Shown here: positions 52,307 to 61,106 of the stretch, piece after piece
How positions within the stretch are numbered: position 1 is the first letter of the stretch
How the letters are laid out: the number at the start of each line of letters is the position of its first letter
Assembly: GCA_913776885.1 (NCBI GenBank)
Contig: CAJYQC010000418.1
Coordinates: 1-61,208 of the forward strand
Direction of reading: 5' to 3'
From: an uncultured Variovorax sp.
Lineage (GTDB): Bacteria; Pseudomonadota; Gammaproteobacteria; Burkholderiales; Burkholderiaceae_C
Length of the DNA stretch: 61,208 nt
Program-made: the position numbers and the translations under genes
The notes under the pieces: generated by a model
Database searches by the model: none
What the model was told of the DNA's origin: nothing
What the model saw: only the letters and a program-made list of their open reading frames with translations

Positions 52307-52612
52307 CTCCGCTTTTCTCCCTCCCCTTCCGGGGGCGGGTTGGGGTGGGGGCAGGCGGCGCATCCAATGCCGCTGCCCATCCATCGCCGCTTGCCCCAAT
52401 CCCGGCCTTCCCCGGAGGGGGAAGGAGCGAATGCCTCGATGATGCAGCCGCTCGACGCATCCAGGCGGCCTGCGAGGCGCCCGAATGACCCCGCGTTTCT
52501 CCCTCCCCTTCCGGGGGAGGGCTGGGGTGGGGGCATGCAGCGTCTGCGTTGCCGCTGGCTTTTGCACCGCCGCTTGCCCCCATCCCAGCCTTCCCCCAGA
52601 GGGGGAAGGGGC
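52274..52612. repeat. Tandem duplication (182-bp period) of gene tail plus Family E REP doublet
   Basis: CGCATCCAGGC.GCCTGCGAGGCGC..GAATGAC at 52274 and 52456, each followed by CTCCCTCCCCTTCCGGGGG.GGG.TGGGGTGGGGGCA. Confidence 0.88.
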
Positions 52613-52645
52613 AACCCCCGATATCTTCATCTCCCAGGAAAACCC

Positions 52646-54316
52646 ATGACTTCATCCCGCACCGGCGGCCAGATCCTCGTCGACCAGCTCGTCACCCACG
52701 GCGTCGAGCAGCTCTTCTGCGTGCCCGGCGAAAGCTTTCTCGCCGTGCTCGACGCGCTGCACGACGCCTCCATCGAAGTGACCGTGTGCCGCCAGGAAGG
52801 CGGCGCGACGATGATGGCCGAGGCGCAGGGCAAGCTCACCGGCAGGCCGGGCGTGTGCTTCGTCACGCGCGGGCCGGGCGCCACCAATGCGTCGGCCGGG
52901 GTGCACATCGCGCACCAGGATTCGACGCCGCTGCTGCTCTTCGTCGGCCAGGTCGCGCGCGACGCGCTGGGCCGCGAGGCCTTCCAGGAGCTGGACTACG
53001 GCGCGGTGTTCGGCACCATGGCCAAGTGGGTGGTGCAGATCGACGACCCGGCGCGCGTGCCCGAGCTGGTGTCGCGCGCCTTTCATGTCGCCACGTCGGG
53101 CCGACCCGGCCCGGTGGTGATCGCGCTGCCGGAAGACATGCTGACCGAGGCCGCCGCGGTGGCCGACGCGCAGCCGTACGCCGTCACCGAAGCCCACCCC
53201 GGCGCGGCGCAGCTCGCCGAGTTGCAGCAGCGGCTGTCGCAGGCGCAGCGGCCAGTGGTCATCGTGGGCGGCAGCCGCTGGTCGGAGCAGGCGTCGCGGC
53301 AGTTCGCGGACTTCGCGGCGGCGTTCTCGCTGCCCGTGTACTGCTCGTTCCGCCGGCAGATGCTGATGTCGGCCGATCACCCCTGCTATGCGGGCGACCT
53401 CGGCCTGGGCGTCAACCCCAGGATGCTGGAGCGCATCCGCAATGCCGACCTGATCCTGCTGGTCGGCGGGCGTCTGTCGGAGGTGCCCTCGCAGGGCTAC
53501 GAGTTGCTGTCCATCCCGCAGCCGAAGCAGGCGCTGGTGCACGTGCATGCCGATGCCGACGAACTGGGCAGGCTGTATCGCCCGGCGCTGGGCATCCACG
53601 CCACGCCGCAGGCCTTCGCCGAGGCCGTTTCCACGCTGCGCCCCGCACAGGTGCCGACCTGGCAGGCGGAGACGAAGGCCGCGCGCGAGGAATTCCTGCG
53701 CTGGAGCGACCCGTCGCCCATCCGCATTCCGGGCCCGCTGCAGATGGGCGAAGTCATGCAGCACCTGCGCGAGGTGCTGCCGGCCGACACCATCTTCTGC
53801 AACGGCGCGGGCAACTTCGCAACCTGGGTGCACCGCTTCTGGCCGTTCCGCGCGTATGCCAGCCAGCTCGCGCCCACCAGCGGCTCGATGGGCTACGGCC
53901 TGCCGGCCAGCGTCGGCGCCAAGCGGCTGTGGCCGCAGCGCGAGGTGGTGGTGTTCGCGGGCGACGGCGACTTCATGATGCACGGCCAGGAGTTCGCGAC
54001 CGCCGTGCAGTACGGCCTGCCGATCATCGTGGTGCTGCTGGACAACGGCATGTACGGCACCATCCGCATGCACCAGGAAAGACACTACCCGGGCCGCATC
54101 AGTGCCACGCAGCTGAAGAACCCGGACTTCCGCGGTTACGCCGAGGTGTTCGGCGGCCACGGCGAGCGCGTGGAGAGCACGGCGGAGTTCGGCCCCGCGC
54201 TGGCCCGCGCACGTGCGAGCGGCAAGCCGGCGATCCTGCATTGCCTGCTGGACCCGGAGGCCATCACGCCGGGCAGCACGCTGCAGTCGATCCGCAAGGC
54301 CGCGCTGGCGGACTGA
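52646..54316 (+). CDS. Thiamine-diphosphate-dependent enzyme (acetolactate synthase-like)
   Basis: VPGESFL, RQEGGA, TRGPGATN, GSMGYGLP, GDGDF...LDNGMYG. Confidence 0.92.
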   Translation: MTSSRTGGQILVDQLVTHGVEQLFCVPGESFLAVLDALHDASIEVTVCRQEGGATMMAEAQGKLTGRPGVCFVTRGPGATNASAGVHIAHQDSTPLLLFVGQVARDALGREAFQELDYGAVFGTMAKWVVQIDDPARVPELVSRAFHVATSGRPGPVVIALPEDMLTEAAAVADAQPYAVTEAHPGAAQLAELQQRLSQAQRPVVIVGGSRWSEQASRQFADFAAAFSLPVYCSFRRQMLMSADHPCYAGDLGLGVNPRMLERIRNADLILLVGGRLSEVPSQGYELLSIPQPKQALVHVHADADELGRLYRPALGIHATPQAFAEAVSTLRPAQVPTWQAETKAAREEFLRWSDPSPIRIPGPLQMGEVMQHLREVLPADTIFCNGAGNFATWVHRFWPFRAYASQLAPTSGSMGYGLPASVGAKRLWPQREVVVFAGDGDFMMHGQEFATAVQYGLPIIVVLLDNGMYGTIRMHQERHYPGRISATQLKNPDFRGYAEVFGGHGERVESTAEFGPALARARASGKPAILHCLLDPEAITPGSTLQSIRKAALAD

Positions 54317-54319
54317 GCA

Positions 54320-54606
54320 CTCCCCCAGGCTCTGCGCACTTCGTGTCGCTTCGCCAACCCCCTCGCCGGGGGCGACACCAGCGGCCCGGCAAAGCCGGTT
54401 CCGCGGAGGCTAAGTTCTCCCCCAGGCTCTGCGCACCTCGTGTCGCTTCGCCAACCCCCTCGCCGGGGGCGACACCCGCGGCCCGGCAAAGCCGGTTTCG
54501 CGGAGGCTAAGTTCTCCCCCAGGCTTCGCGCACTTCGTGTCGCTTCGCCAACCCCCTCGCCGGGGGCGATACCAGCGGCCCGGCAAAGCCGGTTCCGCGG
54601 TGTCCC
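54320..54606 (+). repeat. Family A repeat, tandem x3 (97-bp period)
   Basis: CTCCCCCAGGCT at 54320, 54417 and 54514 with identical linker GAGGCTAAGTT; begins 3 nt after the stop. Confidence 0.95.
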
Positions 54607-54622
54607 GCGAACTGGCTGCGTA

Positions 54623-54928
54623 TCAGCGCAGGCCGCCGACGTACCGGGGTGGCGGCGTGGGCGGCTGGCCGTCGGGCTGGCGTGCCGCCAGGCGCGCGGC
54701 GCGGGCCAGCGGCTCCATCGCCTGCTCCAGGCGGGTGGCTAGCAGGTAGAGCTCCTCGTCCTTGGTGTCGGCCGCGTGCGCGCGGGTCATGCGGACGATC
54801 TCGGCGGCGTACTCGGCGTTGGTCGCCATCCATTCGGTGTCGGTCACGCGGCCGTGCTTTCGCCGCAGCGCCACGTGAAGGCGGGCGGCGAGGGCGATGC
54901 GTTCGCTTTCGGACATGGATGGCGGCAT
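54623..54928 (-). CDS. Hypothetical protein (101 aa)
   Basis: GGAGGA RBS, GC3-rich codons, MPPSMSESERIALAARLHVALRRK...RYVGGLR; 23 nt downstream of amt. Confidence 0.75.
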   Translation of the reverse strand: MPPSMSESERIALAARLHVALRRKHGRVTDTEWMATNAEYAAEIVRMTRAHAADTKDEELYLLATRLEQAMEPLARAARLAARQPDGQPPTPPPRYVGGLR

Positions 54929-54951
54929 GGCTTGTTTCCTCCGTCGGTGGG

Positions 54952-56190
54952 TCAGCTGCTCCCCAGGTGTTCCCTGTGCTGTGCAAGATCGAGGCCCAGC
55001 AGTTCGCTGTCGGCATCGACGCGCAGGCCGACGATGACGTGCACCAGGAACAGCACCACGGCCGTGCCCGTCGCACTGAATATGGCCACGCTGCCGACCG
55101 CGATCGCCTGCGTGAGCACGTCGCCCGTGGCGCCGGAGATGCGCGGGTCGGCGAACACGCCGGTCAGCAGCGCGCCTGCGATGCCGCCGATGCCGTGCAC
55201 GCCGAACACGTCGAGCGAGTCGTCCGCCCCCAGCAGGTGCTTCAGGCCGGTGGCGCCCCAATAGCAGGCCAGCCCCGCGATGGCGCCGATGGCCAGCGCG
55301 GCCGGCGGCGTGACGAAGCCGGCCGCCGGCGTGATGGCCACCAGCCCGGCCACGAGGCCCGAGCACAGGCCCAGCAGCGAGGGGCTGCGCCGCACGATCC
55401 ATTCGCCGAGCATCCAGCTCATGGCGCCGGCGGCTGCCGCGATGTGCGTGACCAGCATCGCCAGCCCCGCGCGCCCGTCGGCTGCCACCGCCGAGCCGGC
55501 ATTGAAGCCGAACCAGCCAACCCACAGCAGGCCCGCGCCGGTCATGGTGAAGGCCAGGTTGTAGGGCTCGAAGGCCTCGCGGCCGTAGCCCTTGCGCGAG
55601 CCGAGGGCGTAGGCGCACACCAGGCCCGCGATGCCGGCGTTGACGTGCACCACCGAGCCGCCCGCGAAGTCGAGCGCACCCATCTGCGCGAGCCAGCCGC
55701 CCGGCTCCCACACCCAGTGCGCGATGGGCGCGTAGACCAGCACGCTCCACAGCAGCGCGAACCAGAGGATGGCCGAGAAGCGGATGCGCTCGACGAAGGC
55801 GCCTAGCACCAGCGCGGTGGTGATGATCGCGAAGGTCAGCTGGAACATCGCGTAGACCGACTCGGGCACGTTGGGCGCCACATGGCTCACCGCGAGCCGG
55901 CCGGCCTCCTTCAGGTAGTCGAAGCCCGAGAACCAGAGGCGGCCGGCGCCGCCGAGCCAGGGCCAGCCCTCGGTGAAGGCGAGCGAATAGCCCACCGCGA
56001 ACCAGGTCAGCGAGACGGCGGCCGCGATCGCCACCACCGCCGCCATGGTGGCCAGCACGTTCTTGCGGCGCACCATGCCGGCGTAGAAGAGGGCGATGCC
56101 GGGCAGCGTCATCAGCAGCACCAGCGCGGTCGAGGTCATCATCCAGGCGGTATCTGCCGCGTTGATGGAGGCTTGCGGTGCCAGGGCCAT
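54952..56190 (-). CDS. amtB: Ammonium transporter (Amt family)
   Basis: DTAWMM, FQLTFA, DFAGGSVVH, WFGFNAGS, DDSLDVFGVHG (twin His intact). Confidence 0.94.
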   Translation of the reverse strand: MALAPQASINAADTAWMMTSTALVLLMTLPGIALFYAGMVRRKNVLATMAAVVAIAAAVSLTWFAVGYSLAFTEGWPWLGGAGRLWFSGFDYLKEAGRLAVSHVAPNVPESVYAMFQLTFAIITTALVLGAFVERIRFSAILWFALLWSVLVYAPIAHWVWEPGGWLAQMGALDFAGGSVVHVNAGIAGLVCAYALGSRKGYGREAFEPYNLAFTMTGAGLLWVGWFGFNAGSAVAADGRAGLAMLVTHIAAAAGAMSWMLGEWIVRRSPSLLGLCSGLVAGLVAITPAAGFVTPPAALAIGAIAGLACYWGATGLKHLLGADDSLDVFGVHGIGGIAGALLTGVFADPRISGATGDVLTQAIAVGSVAIFSATGTAVVLFLVHVIVGLRVDADSELLGLDLAQHREHLGSS

Positions 56191-56230
56191 GGTCGCTTTT
56201 CTTCTTCAAGTGGTGGACCCGGGTGCCCCG

Positions 56231-56246
56231 TGCACAAGTCGTGCCA
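56231..56246 (-). promoter_or_regulatory. Putative sigma54 promoter of amt
   Basis: Reverse strand TGGCACGACTTGTGCA, GG-N10-GC, about 40 nt before the ATG. Confidence 0.72.
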
Positions 56247-56319
56247 CTTCATTAACCATCAGAAACACTTTGGTTTGCAAATTTCGCGTTCCCGGTAAGG
56301 CAAAGCGGGTAATTCCCTA

Positions 56320-56353
56320 TGCACTGAGGCGGTGCGTGCCCCTAAAGTCTGCG
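56320..56353. promoter_or_regulatory. Putative NtrC-type enhancer site(s)
   Basis: TGCACTGAGGCGGTGCG (56320-56336) fits TGCAC-N7-GTGCA; weaker adjacent TGCCCCTAAAGTCTGCG; 75-105 nt upstream of the sigma54 site. Confidence 0.55.
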
Positions 56354-56359
56354 CACTCG

Positions 56360-56490
56360 CGAACGGGCCCTGCTCGTGTGCCGAGGGTCCGAGGAGACAA
56401 ACCCCCAAGCAACAAGAAAAATTCTTCAAAGGCTCCGTACGAGATGCCTGTCCAACCTTGAAGGCGCCGCTGGTCGGCGCCTTTTTTATT
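56360..56490 (+). ncRNA. Candidate structured sRNA or leader RNA
   Basis: Hairpin GGGCCCT/AGGGTCC, unpaired GAGGAGACAAAC with no downstream start, helix TTCAAAGG/CCTTGAA, then an intrinsic terminator. Confidence 0.4.
56461..56490 (+). terminator. Rho-independent terminator
   Basis: AAGGCGCC-gctggtc-GGCGCCTT followed by TTTTATT. Confidence 0.8.
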
Positions 56491-56563
56491 TGCGCGGAGG
56501 CTTGGGGCATCGGCCTTCGCAGCTACTTTTTCGATAGCACCGGGGTGAGACAATCCAGGCCCT

Positions 56564-57322
56564 ATGGAAATGCTGGTGGTCACGGGCGCCTCTGCGCTCG
56601 CGGGTTTTGTCGATTCGATCGTGGGCGGAGGCGGGCTGATCCTGGTGCCTGCGCTGTTCGCCGTTTTCCCGGGCGCACCGCCTGCGACCCTGCTGGGCAC
56701 CAACAAGAGTGCGTCCATCTGGGGCACGGCCGCCGCCGCGGTCCAGTTCAGCCAACGGGTGCAGATGCGCTGGAGCGCACTGTGGCCGGCTGCGCTGCTC
56801 GGCTTCGCCGGCTCGATGCTGGGCGCCTGGGGCGTCACCCTGTTCCCGGGCGACTTCCTGCGCAAGGCGCTGCCGCTGATCCTGCTGGGCGTGCTGCTCT
56901 ACACACTGGCGCGCAAGGACATGGGCCGCATGCACGCGCCGCGCTTCTCCGGGCGCGCCGAGACGCTGGCGGCCTGCACCATCGGCCTGTCGATCGGCCT
57001 CTACGACGGCTTCTTCGGGCCCGGCGCGGGCAGCTTCCTGGTGTTCCTCTTCGTGCGCTGGATGGGCTACGACTTCCTCAACGCGTCGGCCTCGGCCAAG
57101 ATCATCAACACGCTGACCAACGCTGCGGCGCTGATCCTGCTGGCGGCCAAGGGCCACGTCTGGTGGCACTACGGGCTGGTGATGGCGGTGGCCAACGTGG
57201 CCGGCAGCGTGCTGGGCACGCGCGTCGCGCTGAAGCATGGCGCGGGTTTCGTGCGCGTGGTGTTCATCGTGGTAGTGAGTGCGCTGATACTGAAGACCGC
57301 CTACGACGCATTCCTGAAATAG
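56564..57322 (+). CDS. TauE/SafE-family (sulfite exporter-like) membrane protein
   Basis: AGFVDSIVGGGGLI..P, GTNK, GLYDGFFGPGAGSF. Confidence 0.9.
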   Translation: MEMLVVTGASALAGFVDSIVGGGGLILVPALFAVFPGAPPATLLGTNKSASIWGTAAAAVQFSQRVQMRWSALWPAALLGFAGSMLGAWGVTLFPGDFLRKALPLILLGVLLYTLARKDMGRMHAPRFSGRAETLAACTIGLSIGLYDGFFGPGAGSFLVFLFVRWMGYDFLNASASAKIINTLTNAAALILLAAKGHVWWHYGLVMAVANVAGSVLGTRVALKHGAGFVRVVFIVVVSALILKTAYDAFLK

Positions 57323-57342
57323 CGAAAGACGAAAGTCGCCCG

Positions 57343-58713
57343 ATGCCCTCTGCCCCGGATCCCGTCGAGCGCCCCGCCACTGTGAGCTTCTGGCAGGCCT
57401 TCGGCTACTGGCTCAAGCTGGGCTTCATCAGCTTCGGCGGGCCGGCCGGGCAGATCGCGCTGATGCACCAGGAACTGGTGGAGCACAGGCGCTGGATCTC
57501 GGATAAGCGATTTCTACACGCGCTCAACTACTGCATGCTGCTGCCCGGCCCTGAGGCCCAGCAGCTGGCCACCTACATCGGCTGGCTCATGCACCGCACC
57601 TGGGGCGGCGTCGCGGCGGGGGTGCTGTTCGTGCTGCCCTCGCTCTTCATCCTGATCGCGTTGTCGTGGGTCTACATGGCCTATGGGCAGGTGCCGGCGG
57701 TGGCGGGGCTGCTGTACGGCGTGAAGCCGGCGGTCACCGCCATCGTGCTGTTCGCGGCCTGGCGCATCGGCTCGCGGGTGTTGAAGAACCCCTGGCTCTG
57801 GGCGATCGCTGCAGCGGCGTTCGTGGCGATCTTCGCGCTGCAGCTGCCCTTTCCGCTGATCGTGCTTGCGGCGGCGGCCATCGGCTACTTCGGCAGCCGG
57901 GTGGCGCCGCAGCGCTTCGCGCCGGGCGGCGGCGGGCATGGTGCGGCAGGGGCGGCGGCCATCGGCCCGGCGCTCATCGACGACGACACGCCCACACCCG
58001 CGCACGCGCGCTTCGGCTGGGGCCGCTTCTGGCGCGTGCTGGGCGTGTTCCTCGCGCTGTGGCTGGGCGCCATGGGCGCGCTCACCGCGCTGTACGGCTG
58101 GCACGGCACGCTCACGCAGATGGGCTGGTTCTTCACCAAGGCCGCGCTCATGACCTTCGGCGGCGCCTACGCGGTGCTGCCCTATGTGTTCCAGGGCGCG
58201 GTCGACCACTTCGGCTGGCTCGGCGCCACGCAGATGATCGACGGCCTCGCGCTCGGCGAGACCACGCCGGGGCCGCTGATCATGGTGGTGTCGTTCGTGG
58301 GCTTCGTCGGCGGCTGGAACCAGGCGCTCTCCGCCGGTGACCCGCTCTTCGCGGCAGGGGCCGTGGCGGCGACGGTGGTGTGCTTCTTCACCTTCCTGCC
58401 GTCCTTCCTCTTCATTCTGCTGGGCGGTCCCTTCATCGAATCGACGCACGGCAACCTGAAACTCACCGCGCCGCTCACGGCCATCACCGCGGCGGTGGTG
58501 GGCGTGATCGTCAACCTGGCGGTGTTCTTCGCCTGGCACGTGCTGTGGCCGAAGGGGGCCGGCGGCGGCTTCGACGCGGCATCCGCGGCGATCGGGCTGA
58601 TCGCCGCCGTGGCGCTGTTCCGCTTCAAGGCCGGCGTGATCCCGGTGGTGCTCGCCTCGGCCCTGCTGGGGCTGGCGTGGCAGCTGTTGCTGCTGCCTTT
58701 GCTGCCCCACTGA
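57343..58713 (+). CDS. chrA: Chromate efflux transporter (long-chain CHR)
   Basis: KLGFISFGGPAGQIA, LPGPEAQQLA, TFGGAYAV, ETTPGP. Confidence 0.93.
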   Translation: MPSAPDPVERPATVSFWQAFGYWLKLGFISFGGPAGQIALMHQELVEHRRWISDKRFLHALNYCMLLPGPEAQQLATYIGWLMHRTWGGVAAGVLFVLPSLFILIALSWVYMAYGQVPAVAGLLYGVKPAVTAIVLFAAWRIGSRVLKNPWLWAIAAAAFVAIFALQLPFPLIVLAAAAIGYFGSRVAPQRFAPGGGGHGAAGAAAIGPALIDDDTPTPAHARFGWGRFWRVLGVFLALWLGAMGALTALYGWHGTLTQMGWFFTKAALMTFGGAYAVLPYVFQGAVDHFGWLGATQMIDGLALGETTPGPLIMVVSFVGFVGGWNQALSAGDPLFAAGAVAATVVCFFTFLPSFLFILLGGPFIESTHGNLKLTAPLTAITAAVVGVIVNLAVFFAWHVLWPKGAGGGFDAASAAIGLIAAVALFRFKAGVIPVVLASALLGLAWQLLLLPLLPH

Positions 58714-58721
58714 CCTTTCGT

Positions 58722-58883
58722 GGAACACCGCGGAACCGGCTTTGCCGGGCCGCAGGTGTTGCCCCCGGAAGGGGGTTGGCGCAGCGACACGAAGTGCGCG
58801 AAGCCTGGGGGCGAATCTGGTCTCCGCGGAACCGGCTTCGCCGCACCGCAGGTGTGCCCACGGAAGGGCGCGCAGCCCCGGGC
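58722..58883 (-). repeat. Family A repeat, one full plus one shortened copy
   Basis: Full copy at 58722-58811 and degenerate copy at 58821-58883, starting about 5 nt after the tctA stop. Confidence 0.88.
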
Positions 58884-58887
58884 GAAC

Positions 58888-60399
58888 TCAATCCTCGACG
58901 AAGGCCTCTTCCCGCTTCGCCTTGATCGCCGGCAGCAGCACGATGCCCAGCAGCAGCGCAGCCGCGATGAGCAAGCCCGCCGACAGCGGCCGCGTGACGA
59001 ACACGCTCCACGCCCCGCGCGAAAGCAGCAGCGCGCGGCGCAGGTTCTCTTCCATCATCGGCCCGAGGATGAAGCCCAGCAGCAGCGGCGCGGGCTCGGT
59101 GCGCAGCTTGATGAAGAGGTAGCCGATGAAGCCGAAGGCCGCCACCATCCACACGTCGAAGGTGTTGTTGTTGGTCGAGTACACCCCGATCGCGCAGAAC
59201 AGCACGATGGCCGGGAACAGGAACTTGTAGGGCACCGTCAGCAGCTTGATCCACATGCCGATCAGCGGCAGGTTCAGGATGATGAGCATCGCGTTGCCGA
59301 TCCACATCGAGGCGATGAGGCCCCAGAAGAGTTCCGGGTTGCTGGTCATGACCTGCGGGCCGGGCTGGATGTTGTGGATGGTCATCGCGCCCACCATCAG
59401 CGCCATCACCGCGTTGGGCGGGATGCCCAGCGTCAGCAGCGGGATGAAGGAGGTCTGCGCACCCGCGTTGTTGGCCGACTCCGGCGACGCCACGCCGCGG
59501 ATGTTGCCCTTGCCGAAGGGCACTTCGCCGGGGCGCATGCGGATCTTCTTCTCCAGCGCATACGAGGCGAACGAGGCCAGCAGCGCGCCACCGCCCGGCA
59601 GGATGCCCAGCGCCGAGCCCAGCGCGGTGCCGCGCAGCACGGCGGGGAGCATGCGCTTGAAGTCGTCCTTGGTGGGCCACAGGCCCTTGACCTTGTGCGT
59701 GAACACCTCGCGCTCGTCGTCGGGCTGCGAGAGGTTGCCGATGATCTCGCCGTAGCCGAACACGCCCATGGCGATGACCACGAAGCCGATGCCGTCGGTG
59801 AGCTCCGGAATGTCGAAGCTGTAGCGCGCCACGCCCGAGTTGACGTCGGTGCCCACGATGCCCATCAGCAGGCCCAGCACGATCATCGCCACCGCCTTCA
59901 GCAGCGAGCCCGATGCCAGCACCACCGCGCCGATCAGGCCCAGCACCATCAGCGAGAAATACTCCGCCGGGCCGAACTTGAAGGCCAGCTCGGTCAGAGG
60001 CGGCGCGAAGGCGGCCAGGATCAGCGTTCCCACGCAGCCCGCGAAGAACGAGCCCAGCCCGGCAGCCGCCAGCGCCGGGCCCGCGCGGCCCTGCCTGGCC
60101 ATCTGGTAGCCGTCTATGCAGGTGACCACCGAGGACGACTCGCCCGGCAGGTTCACCAGTATGGCCGTGGTGGAGCCGCCGTACTGCGCGCCGTAGTAGA
60201 TGCCGGCCAGCATGATCAGCGCCGACACCGGCGGCAGCGCGTAGGTGGCCGGCAGCAGCATCGCGATGGTCGCGACCGGCCCGATGCCCGGCAGAACGCC
60301 GATCAGCGTGCCCAGGATGCAGCCGATCAGGCAGTACAGCAGGTTGGTGAAGGTGAACGCGACGCCGAAGCCGGTCGCGAGGTTGTTGAAGAGTTCCAT
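58888..60399 (-). CDS. tctA: Tripartite tricarboxylate transporter large permease
   Basis: GTLIGVLPGIG, YYGAQYGGS...N.PG, PESANNA, LTLGIP; GAGGAG RBS. Confidence 0.95.
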   Translation of the reverse strand: MELFNNLATGFGVAFTFTNLLYCLIGCILGTLIGVLPGIGPVATIAMLLPATYALPPVSALIMLAGIYYGAQYGGSTTAILVNLPGESSSVVTCIDGYQMARQGRAGPALAAAGLGSFFAGCVGTLILAAFAPPLTELAFKFGPAEYFSLMVLGLIGAVVLASGSLLKAVAMIVLGLLMGIVGTDVNSGVARYSFDIPELTDGIGFVVIAMGVFGYGEIIGNLSQPDDEREVFTHKVKGLWPTKDDFKRMLPAVLRGTALGSALGILPGGGALLASFASYALEKKIRMRPGEVPFGKGNIRGVASPESANNAGAQTSFIPLLTLGIPPNAVMALMVGAMTIHNIQPGPQVMTSNPELFWGLIASMWIGNAMLIILNLPLIGMWIKLLTVPYKFLFPAIVLFCAIGVYSTNNNTFDVWMVAAFGFIGYLFIKLRTEPAPLLLGFILGPMMEENLRRALLLSRGAWSVFVTRPLSAGLLIAAALLLGIVLLPAIKAKREEAFVED

Positions 60400-60419
60400 G
60401 GCGGCGTGCTCCTCGTCGC

Positions 60420-60908
60420 TCAACCGGCGATGAAGGTGGGCCACACCTGGATCTGCAGCTTCAGCGCCCAGATGAACGCCACGTAGCTGCCGGCCGCCAG
60501 GATGGTCGCGAGGATCAGCACGTCGCGCAGCCTGAAGTGCTCGCCCGCCATGCTGGAGATGATGGTGAGTGCGTAGATCGCGATGATCATGCCCATGGCC
60601 GGCAGCCCGATGCTGGGCAGCCCGCCCAGCAGCACGCCGAAGGCCAGGTTCGCGCCGAGCACGAAGGCCAGCGGCTTCCAGGCCCACTTGCCGATCGGGT
60701 CGCCGTCGGTGGTCTCCACCACCAGCGCCTGGAACATGATGATCGCGCCCAGCACCGCCAGCAGGATGCCCAGCATCAGCGGGAAGTAGCCCGGTCCCAT
60801 GCGCGCGCCGTCGCCGATGGTGTAGGTCGTCGCGCCGATGGCGAAGGCGCCGCCCACGGTGGTGAACATGACTCCCGAGAAGAAGTCGGCCTGACTCTTG
60901 ATGCGCAT
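60420..60908 (-). CDS. tctB: Tripartite tricarboxylate transporter small permease
   Basis: Multi-TM protein with MGPGYFP motif upstream of tctA. Confidence 0.92.
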   Translation of the reverse strand: MRIKSQADFFSGVMFTTVGGAFAIGATTYTIGDGARMGPGYFPLMLGILLAVLGAIIMFQALVVETTDGDPIGKWAWKPLAFVLGANLAFGVLLGGLPSIGLPAMGMIIAIYALTIISSMAGEHFRLRDVLILATILAAGSYVAFIWALKLQIQVWPTFIAG

Positions 60909-61045
60909 GTCTCGCTCCTCTTTGTCTGGGGGGAACGAGGGTCGGGCTGTGCGCCTGACGATGGGCTGACCGGTGCGGTACGAACAAGTGCGTACCGAGG
61001 GGCAAGGGTTCTCCCAGGTGCCGGCTCGCGCGGGGGAGAGGAAAC

Positions 61046-61071
61046 AAAAAAAGCTCCCGAAGGAGCTTTTT
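61046..61071 (-). terminator. Rho-independent (probably bidirectional) terminator
   Basis: On -: AAAAAGCTCC-TTCG-GGAGCTTTTTTT (C(UUCG)G tetraloop), downstream of the Gly-rich gene. Confidence 0.88.
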
Positions 61072-61106
61072 CATTCAGGGGCCCGAAGGCCCAGCAGGGG
61101 AAGGGC

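Noticed and set aside
54320-54606. CRISPR array interpretation of the tandem repeats (also 40744-40935 and 22521-23000)
   Set aside because: Units are 97 or about 178 bp with repeated rather than unique spacers, and no cas genes are present.
58888-60908. tctAB without adjacent tctC as a novelty
   Set aside because: Sharing one TctAB among many dispersed Bug proteins is an established pattern in Burkholderiales.
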